From: Octopus sinensis
Lineage: Eukaryota
Direction of reading: 5' to 3'
Length of the DNA stretch: 7,988 nucleotides
Assembly: GCF_006345805.1 (NCBI RefSeq)
Contig: NW_021828669.1
Coordinates: 1 to 7,988, forward strand
The notes beneath the pieces are model-generated. The model saw only the letters and a list, made by a program, of their open reading frames with translations. It made no database searches and was not told the DNA's origin. The translations under genes and the position numbers were made by a program. Positions 1-6,997 of the stretch are shown in pieces; position 1 is the stretch's first letter; the number at the start of each line of letters is the position of its first letter.

Positions 1-129
1 TCATCGACCAAGAGATCTGTCATCATGAATGCTTACGACAGAGTGAAAAACATTGCTTTAAAAGTCATCCAAACTTTAGCTGGTAATGTGAAAACTAGGT
101 GAATCGAAATTGTATCACCAATGTGCTTC

Positions 130-270
130 CATACAGTCTTCTGTCTGACAGATTTCGCTGACGAGTTTTTTCCTCGAGCTGAGTCCCATGATAGAAGACA
201 ACCGAAGTGCTACGCAGTGGGATCGAACCAATTACCGAGTGGTTGCTAAATGAGTGTCTTAACTGCACAC
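130..270 (-). mobile_element. Old, diverged fragment of the same SINE family as 6998-7392
   Basis: 207-229 (GTGCTACGCAGTGGGATCGAACC) matches 7317-7339 at 20/23 positions. AGAAGACA is shared (193-200 vs 7299-7306). A perfect B-box GGTTCGATCCC lies on the minus strand at 219-229. Boundaries are approximate. Confidence 0.7.
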
Positions 271-357
271 TTATTTTCTGGGAGCTTATTTGTGTTTTAA
301 TTATTTAGGGCCCAGAATACTGGGGGTTTACCTGGTTTTACCTGTTTATAGTGAAGG

Positions 358-710
358 TGGGTTGTTGTGTTGCTGTAGTAGTTTGGTGATGGCGTTGAAG
401 ATAATGGTGGTGGCTATGGTGTTAGTAATGGTAGTGGTGGTGGTGGTGGTGGTGGTGGTGGTGGTGGTGATGGTGGTGGTGGTGGTGGAGGTGGTAGTGG
501 TGGTGGTGGTTATTGTGATGGCGGTAATAGTGGTGGTGGTGGCGATAGTGATGGTGATGATGATGATGATAGTGATTGTAGGAGAGGTCATCGTAATGAT
601 GGTAGTGATGTCGGTGGTGGTAGTGGTGATAGCCAATGGTGAGAGTAGTGGTGGTGGGGATGATGATGATGATGATGATGATGATAGTTGATGATGATGA
701 TGATAGTGCT
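358..710. repeat. Degenerate (GGT)n/(GAT)n trinucleotide array
   Basis: Directly visible; source of the poly-Val, poly-Thr and poly-His pseudo-ORFs. Confidence 0.95.
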
Positions 711-772
711 GGTGAAGGTTCTAGCATAATAACTGTTTATCTTCCGTCACCCTCGACCCCCACTTGCTCATC

Positions 773-978
773 AAAAACAACCCGAACGACAATCTTACAA
801 AACAAAAACAAAAAGATAAACAGGCAGAAATAACCACAAGACAAAACAAAAAAAAAATTAACAAACACACAATTACAGAAAAGAACCAACAAAAAAACAC
901 ACACACACACACTCCCCACCCCCACAAACAAAAATAATAATCAAATAAAAAATATATATAAGAAAATATAAAATAAAA
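773..978. repeat. A/C-rich low-complexity tract (AAAC/AAAAC-like, short (CA)n)
   Basis: Directly visible. Confidence 0.8.
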
Positions 979-1294
979 CCACGATGTCATTGAGGGAACT
1001 GACACACCCCTCACAACTATAGGTCTTCGTTGTTAATTAAGAAACCTTGTAATTAACGTTAATTTTAATTGCCGTAATTTATACAGCTCTTGATGAATCT
1101 ATAACAAGTTGTTATATAACATGGCATGCAATCATTTATCCTGCGTCATTTGATATCTTAATTATCAAATACTTTGACAGGTATATAGTCTTAACATAAT
1201 ATGTTTTTTCTCACCCTTCTTCATATCGTTAATTATTAATTCCTTCGTATATAGCTGGTTAATCATTGACTGATTTTTATTTATTAATGAATCC

Positions 1295-1323
1295 TTATTT
1301 TATTTTATTTTATTTTATTTTAC
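1295..1323. repeat. (TTTTA)n pentanucleotide microsatellite
   Basis: Directly visible. Confidence 0.9.
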
Positions 1324-1519
1324 TTTACTATTTTTCTTTCTTTTTATCCTCCTGGGTTAGCTCTGTCGCCATTTTAGGTCCTTCCCGCAGCGGAGAGAGA
1401 AACGCACCACCATTTTCTCTTCCCCAACACACGGGGGGATAATACTGTGTATTGTTGCTAACGACGAAGTTCCCTACTAAGTTTGGTAGGTGCAGATTCC
1501 CATGCTGTTGATTCATCCT

Positions 1520-1933
1520 ATCATCATCATCTTCATTATCATCTTCATCATCATCATCGTCATCGTCATCGTCATCGTCGTCATCGACATCATCATCATC
1601 ATCATCATCATCATCACCATCACCATCACCATCACCATCTTCATCATCATCGTCGTCGTATCATCATCATCGTCGTCGCCGTCGTCATCACTATCACTAT
1701 CATCGCCATCGTCGTTGTCATCATCATCATCATCCTCATCATCATCATAATCATCGTCATCATCATCAATATCTTCATTACCATCACCATCATCGTCATC
1801 ATCATCATCATCATCACCATCATCATCATCATCTTCATCATCGTCGCATCACCATCATCATCATCATCGTCGTCGTCACTATCACTATCATCACCCTTGT
1901 CGTTGTCATCATCGTCGTCGTCATCATCATCAT
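1520..1933. repeat. Degenerate (CAT)n/(CGT)n/(CAC)n trinucleotide array
   Basis: Directly visible; source of the poly-His, poly-Ile, poly-Ser and poly-Met pseudo-ORFs. Confidence 0.95.
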
Positions 1934-1950
1934 GTGATTGACAAAGAGTC

Positions 1951-2003
1951 CCGATCCTACAACTGTGAGTCCGCTGCCCTAACCACTGGGCCATTGCGCC
2001 TCC
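1951..2003 (-). mobile_element. Truncated tRNA-like SINE head
   Basis: Minus strand reads GGAGGCGCAATGGCCCAGTGGTTAGGGCAGCGGACTC, with A-box TGGCCCAGTGG. The start resembles the head at 6876. It breaks off before a B-box and adjoins the (CAT)n array. Confidence 0.7.
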
Positions 2004-2034
2004 ACATGTATGTATTTGATTTTGAGTTTGATTT

Positions 2035-2078
2035 TTCCAGTTTCAGCTAATGAGCTGTGGCCATGCGGGGGCACCGCC
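2035..2078 (-). mobile_element. 3'-terminal fragment of the 6998-7392 SINE family
   Basis: 2056-2078 (TGTGGCCATGCGGGGGCACCGCC) matches 6998-7020 at 20/23 positions. Confidence 0.65.
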
Positions 2079-2113
2079 ATATATGATTATATATACTATA
2101 TTATATTGTATTA

Positions 2114-2173
2114 TGTGTGTGTGTGAGTCTGTGTGTGAGTGTGTGTGTGTGTGCATGTGTGTGTGTGTGTGTG
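2114..2173. repeat. (TG)n microsatellite
   Basis: Directly visible. Confidence 0.93.
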
Positions 2174-2294
2174 CAGATATGTATGTTCATTTTAATGGCT
2201 CCGAGGAAGCTGTACACCGCTGCACAAGCACACACGACTCAGAAACAACTGTAAGCTAATGAAGATGATTATGTGACTTTATACGTGTGTTTAC

Positions 2295-2340
2295 ATGTAT
2301 ATATATATATATATTATATATATACTATATATATATATAC
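2295..2340. repeat. (TA)n microsatellite
   Basis: Directly visible. Confidence 0.93.
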
Positions 2341-2940
2341 TAAGCAGTATTGCCCGCTCAACGGGGATTTCAGGGGAGAGTTTCAGGAGTCGCGGCGATG
2401 TATCCGGGATGATCAAAAATCCCGGCCCGCCACTAAATTTTGGTTAAAGTGATTCAAACTGCAGACTCAACGCAAATGGTCACATTTAATTCAAAACGTT
2501 AAAAATGTTATGAAAACAATTGGTATGTGTTCACAAAGTCCAAACGATTAATACGAAAAAACCCTCCAGGCTACATCCCAAAAATTCATTTCTTTGCCGA
2601 ATTTCTACAATGTTTACGGCGATTCGTTTTTATATCTTGATTTTTTATTTTTCATGCAATTTACGCATGCTTGCACGCGTGGTGAACACAGTTCACGTCA
2701 AACAGCTGACTGAGTAAAGTTCACAATTCAATGCATGGGATAAGGCCTAAACAAACACATTATCGATTTATCCACTTGCGAGATGAATTTCGGAACAGAA
2801 ATAGCGCAGTTCAATTTTCATTCGCCTAAACTTTAAGTGACCCATTTTTGTTGGTTCTACGATTTGTTGGCTAGGAGGAGATGTGCCGGAAGTTAAACAC
2901 ACAGACCACACACAATACACACAGAGACACACAAGTTGAG

Positions 2941-3004
<64 letters not shown>

Positions 3005-3010
3005 GTATAT
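2941..3010. repeat. (TA)n microsatellite, left flank of the hammerhead element
   Basis: Directly visible. Confidence 0.95.
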
Positions 3011-3094
3011 GTAGGTCCCGGGTTGAGTCGGGGTTAACCACAGTAAATAAGTACTCAATACATGGCAGAGTAAATTAATTTATTTTATAGAAGG

Positions 3095-3144
3095 AGCTTC
3101 TACAGACTAGAACTGTTTCATTCAAATGAAATCATCAGGAAGCT
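3095..3144 (-). ncRNA. Type I hammerhead ribozyme, minus-strand copy
   Basis: The reverse complement of 3095-3144 reads AGCTTC-CTGATGA-TTTCATTTGAAT-GAAACAG-TTCTAGT-CTGTA-GAAGCT. It is identical to the plus copy except that loop III has 7 nt instead of 8. Predicted cleavage is between 3101 and 3100 on the minus strand. Confidence 0.8.
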
Positions 3145-3191
3145 TCCTGATGATTTCATTTGAATGAAACAGTTCTAGTCCTGTAGAAGCT
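3141..3191 (+). ncRNA. Type I hammerhead ribozyme, plus-strand copy
   Basis: Folded by hand. Stem I is AGCTTC(3141-3146)/GAAGCT(3186-3191). Core CTGATGA is 3147-3153. Stem II is T.T mismatch plus TTC/GAA with an ATTT loop (3154-3165). GAAA is 3166-3169. Stem III is ACAG(3169-3172)/CTGT(3181-3184) with loop TTCTAGTC. The cleavage triplet is GTA (3183-3185), predicting cleavage between 3185 and 3186. All conserved core nucleotides are in register; the 10.1-11.1 pair is a non-canonical U.U. Confidence 0.82.
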
Positions 3192-3201
3192 CCTTCTATA
3201 A

Positions 3202-3206
<5 letters not shown>

Positions 3207-3293
<87 letters not shown>

Positions 3294-3302
3294 ATATATA
3301 TA
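3207..3302. repeat. (TA)n microsatellite, right flank of the hammerhead element
   Basis: Directly visible. Confidence 0.95.
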
Positions 3303-3587
3303 TGGGTCGTAGTAACCAAACAAGTCATAGTGATAACAACATAAATGCAGGTATACGAGAAAAATTTTACTTTCTGCAGTTATCAGAGTATAGTTTGTGT
3401 AGATTTACACACTAAATTTTCCTTATTTGTTTCTTTGTTTCATTTCATTTTATTTGGTTTTATCTCATTATAATTTTTAAGGCCAAACGTATAAAGTTTA
3501 CTCAGCCAGTTCCGCTCGTCTTCACACTGCTATCATTATAGTATATGATATGCTCTCGTAGCACAAGACCGTTGCCAAAACGAAACC

Positions 3588-3688
3588 AACCGACAAACCG
3601 ACCAGCCAGCCAGCCGAACGTCCAGCCAACCAACCGAGCAGCCAGCCAGCACGCCAACCAGACAACCAGCCAGCCAGCCAGCCAGCCT
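3588..3688. repeat. Degenerate (CCAG)n/(CCAA)n tetranucleotide array
   Basis: Directly visible. Confidence 0.88.
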
Positions 3689-3762
3689 AATAAGACAAGT
3701 TAGATATGGCTGGATGCCAGGTAGACTCGGATTATATGCGTAAGCCCCCATATGTTGATTAA

Positions 3763-3763
<1 letters not shown>

Positions 3764-3818
<55 letters not shown>

Positions 3819-3850
3819 ATTATATAATACATATCATATATATATATATA

Positions 3851-3894
<44 letters not shown>

Positions 3895-4048
3895 TATATA
3901 TATCATATACATACTATAAACATATTACTTATATATCTATATAATATATATATTATATATATACATACTATATATTACATATATATATATATGTATATAT
4001 ATATATATCTATATTTACATATATATATATACATATATATATATTAAC

Positions 4049-4079
<31 letters not shown>

Positions 4080-4182
4080 CTTATATATATATGTATATAT
4101 ATATATATATTAACATATATATATTTACATATATATATATATGTATACTATACATATACGTATACATATACATATATATACC

Positions 4183-4235
<53 letters not shown>

Positions 4236-4305
4236 TACATATATAATAAATATATATACATACATGTATATATATATAAGTATATATGTGTATATATTGT
4301 ATAGA
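3764..4305. repeat. Long interrupted (TA)n tract (~540 bp)
   Basis: Directly visible. Confidence 0.95.
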
Positions 4306-4357
4306 GATATAACTATTTGTGTAGGAATACGCGTGAACCGACGAGATGCTGAGGAGA

Positions 4358-4544
4358 GGGGGTGGGGCTGTAGCAGGGTGTTTGATGGGAAGGGGATGGC
4401 GCATGTTCATGTGTATGGGGGGGTGAGATGGTGGGGTGAGAAGTGCAAGGGTGGCAGAACCGGGGGTGGAAGGGGCAAGGGACAGGGGGTAGAGGCATGT
4501 GGAAGTGAATATTGGGGGTCGATCTGCTGCTGAGGGATTTTGGG
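4358..4544 (+). other. G-run island with a canonical G-quadruplex motif
   Basis: About 15 runs of 3 or more G on one strand. 4462-4489 (GGGGG-TGGAA-GGGG-CAA-GGG-ACA-GGGGG) satisfies the G3+N1-7 four-run pattern. Confidence 0.7.
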
Positions 4545-4706
4545 AATTGTGATTCATGGACCTACACAAACTTGCAAACGTACGCCTGTTTCTGTGTGTA
4601 TATACATATATACATACATATGTAAGATACACTATATATACATACATACATATATATATATATTATATATACATATATATATATATATATTATATATATA
4701 ATATAT

Positions 4707-4873
4707 GCCTATATATATTACATATATATAGAGAGAGATATTAAGATATATATATACACACAACACCACACACATAATTATATATGCCTATATATATACA
4801 TATATAGAGAGAGAGATATTAAGATATATATACGCACACACAACCACACACACACACACACACACACACACCA

Positions 4874-4911
<38 letters not shown>

Positions 4912-4975
4912 CCTATATATATATATATACATATACAGAGAGAGATATTAGATATATATATATACACACACACAT
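4707..4975. repeat. Three-copy higher-order tandem repeat built from microsatellite modules
   Basis: Unit GCC(TA)n-CATATA-(GA)n-TATTA(A)GA(TA)n-(CA)n starts at 4707, 4786 and 4911. Confidence 0.85.
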
Positions 4976-5016
4976 ATATATATGTATATATATATATATA
5001 TGCATATACATATATA

Positions 5017-5017
<1 letters not shown>

Positions 5018-5050
<33 letters not shown>
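5018..5050. repeat. (ATT)n microsatellite
   Basis: Directly visible. Confidence 0.93.
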
Positions 5051-5051
<1 letters not shown>

Positions 5052-5246
5052 GCGTGTATGTTAGCTAGTTTGAGTACGCAGATACGTCTGTAGATTACGA
5101 CCCACGCGCGCACACACACCACACACTGCCGTATCTCCGTAACTCCATAAACGTGTTTACAAACGCAAACATATACACACCTATCCATATATCTTTATTA
5201 GAAGGGAACATCATAAATCTTAAGTTCGTCTTAGACATTCCCACAT

Positions 5247-5339
5247 CTCTCTCTCTCTCCCTCTATCTTCATCTCCATTTCTTTTTATCTCTCTCTCTCT
5301 CCGTACATACACACACACACACACGCACACACACACATA

Positions 5340-5375
<36 letters not shown>

Positions 5376-5388
5376 TGTATGTATGTAT
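5247..5388. repeat. Compound (CT)n/(CA)n/(TA)n/(TGTA)n microsatellites
   Basis: Directly visible. Confidence 0.9.
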
Positions 5389-5469
5389 GAATGTATACAT
5401 GTATATTTCTATACTTATATATGTGTCGTTATATATACATTTGCATGTATGTATAAATATACAAGGGTA

Positions 5470-5737
<268 letters not shown>

Positions 5738-5801
5738 AATTTATATTTGCAAGCATGCAGACATACATGTACGTATAAAGCTGTACATATATTATACACG
5801 A

Positions 5802-5851
5802 AATATATATATATATATATATATATTATAATATATATATATATATATATA
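5802..5851. repeat. (TA)n microsatellite
   Basis: Directly visible. Confidence 0.92.
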
Positions 5852-6129
5852 GTCGCTGAAGACCCCAACCATTTCCATGGTCGGTAATCGGCTTCTAAGT
5901 CCTGCCTAGTGAGGAGGGTTGCTAGAAACCCACTACGACTAACAGCAAAAGCAGTCAAAAGGACATATAAACCTAGTGTCGGTTCAACGACTGTCTCGCA
6001 TTTGGACAGGCTTGAGAAATTCCTGATTGGTGCTTCCGTTTGCTGGAAGACCACTGGGAGTAAGGCATCCCTTAGTTTTGTTAAGGCGAGTCTCTAGGAG
6101 AAGAGAGAAGATCACTCCGGTATGAAACC

Positions 6130-6360
6130 GGTGAGCTGCCAGAAACGTTAGCACGCCGGGCGAAATGCTTATCAGTATTTCATCTGCCGCTACGTTCTGA
6201 GTTCAAATTCCGCTGAGGTCGACTTTGCCTTTCATCCTTTCGGGGTCGATTAAATAAGTACCAGTTACGCACCGGAGTCGATATAATCGACTTAATCCGT
6301 TTGTCTGTCCTTGTTTGTCCCTTCTGTGTTTAGTCCCTTGTGGGTAGTAAAGAAATAGGT
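6130..6360 (+). mobile_element. tRNA-derived SINE with a Nin/Deu-like central domain
   Basis: tRNA-like head with B-box GAGTTCAAATTCC (6199-6211). The central GTCGACTTTGCCTTTCATCCTTTCGGGGTCGATTAAATAAGTACCAG resembles the Nin/Deu SINE domain as I recall it. The element ends in GTAAAGAAATAGG, as in the abundant octopus SINE I recall. Confidence 0.8.
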
Positions 6361-6522
6361 ATGAAACCAGATATGAATGGAATGACGTTGAACATATAGA
6401 GGATTTGGGGTTTGTACTTCGGGTCAGCCTGCCACTCATATTGGAACTGAATATCTCGTCCTGGTTTGTCTCTGGATCATGTCATTAGCGTAGAGAGGGT
6501 CTGTGATGTATATGCACTATGT

Positions 6523-6611
6523 TGTGTGTGTGAGAGAGAGCGAGAGAGTTTTTGTGTGAGTGTGTGTGAGCGTGTATGTATGGTGTGTGTATACAGCTAT
6601 ATATATATATA
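6523..6611. repeat. Mixed (TG)n/(GA)n/(TA)n microsatellite
   Basis: Directly visible. Confidence 0.85.
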
Positions 6612-6617
6612 CATCCA

Positions 6618-6876
6618 TAATAAAATAAATAATAAATGCGCCCTTGTAAAGCCTAACTAGGCTCATGGGCCCGGTTTCCCGGTTTCAATGTGTTCCCCAG
6701 CTGGACGGGATGCCAGTCCATCGCAGCGTTACTCACTTTTGCCAGCTGAGTGAACTAGAGCAACGTGAAATGAAGTTTTTTTGCTCAAGAACACAACGTG
6801 TCGCCCTGTCCAGGAATCGAAACCACAATTTTAAGATCATGATGCTGACACGCTAACCACTAAGCCACGCGCCTCC
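6618..6876 (-). mobile_element. tRNA-derived SINE with CORE-like and V/Meta-like body and (TTTA)-type tail
   Basis: On the minus strand: head GGAGGCGCGTGGCTTAGTGGTTAG with A-box TGGCTTAGTGG (6857-6867) and B-box-like GGTTTCGATTCC (6813-6824). Body contains GTGTTCTTGAGCAAAAAACTTCATTTCAC (CORE-like), then GCGATGGACTGGCATCCCGTCCAG and GAAACCGGGAAACCGGGCCC. Tail is TTTATTATTTATTTTATT (about 6618-6636). Confidence 0.85.
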
Positions 6877-6886
6877 ACATATACAT

Positions 6887-6947
6887 CCACACACACACAC
6901 ACACGCACACACGCACACACACATATATATATATGCATGTGTGTGTG
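6887..6947. repeat. (CA)n-(TA)n-(TG)n compound microsatellite
   Basis: Directly visible. Confidence 0.88.
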
Positions 6948-6997
6948 TCAGTATATACGCATATTCATTCATACGTGCGTCAATATCTCTGTGAATA

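Larger units (their letters stand above)
3011..3206. mobile_element. Putative non-autonomous Penelope-like (PLE) pseudo-LTR remnant or retrozyme-like element with inverted hammerheads, embedded in (TA)n
   Basis: Complex sequence bounded by TA-rich microsatellite on both sides (2941-3010, 3207-3302). It carries type I hammerheads. On the minus strand the ribozyme is followed by AATAAA (3079-3084) and a ~70-nt tail. PLE pseudo-LTRs are known to carry type I hammerheads and to occur in inverted orientation. No RT or GIY-YIG ORF is present, so the family assignment is inference. Confidence 0.6.
3080..3206. repeat. 127-bp near-perfect inverted repeat (palindrome) with no spacer, centred on AAG|CTT at 3142/3143
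   Basis: Checked base by base. 3105-3180 is a perfect 76-bp palindrome. After one extra C (3180/3181), pairing continues as 3080-3104 with 3182-3206. Confidence 0.97.

Noticed and set aside
153-200. CTGACGA at 158-164 (and a minus-strand CTGACGA near 7540) as hammerhead cores
   Set aside because: No correctly placed GAAA or stems; the first lies within a decayed SINE.
290-727. ORFs 290-691, 346-636 and 422-727 (poly-Val, poly-Thr, poly-His)
   Set aside because: Translations of a stop-poor trinucleotide array; open in several frames on both strands and with no domain content.
1483-1994. His-rich, Ile-rich and Asp/Met-rich ORFs
   Set aside because: Artefacts of the (CAT)n array; there is no signal peptide, splice context or complex sequence to support a His-rich protein.
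3011-3206. Interpreting the palindrome as a MITE, a pre-miRNA, or a CRISPR/terminator structure
   Set aside because: There is no spacer or internal region and no clear target-site duplication. The loopless perfect duplex is unlike a pre-miRNA. Each arm is fully explained by a hammerhead fold, and the context is eukaryotic.
3417-3545. Polypyrimidine tract and AG (3480-3481) as a splice acceptor for a small exon
   Set aside because: No convincing donor or coding signal follows; T-rich tracts are common here.
5885-5935. HDV-like ribozyme candidate on the minus strand (CCC-TCCTCACT-AGG resembles P3/L3)
   Set aside because: The conserved L3 G is an A, P3 has a mismatch, and no P1, P1.1 or P2 pairing could be built.
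6087-6135. GAAACCGGT resembling the stem III of a minimal hammerhead
   Set aside because: No upstream CTGANGA core, and the would-be cleavage base is G.
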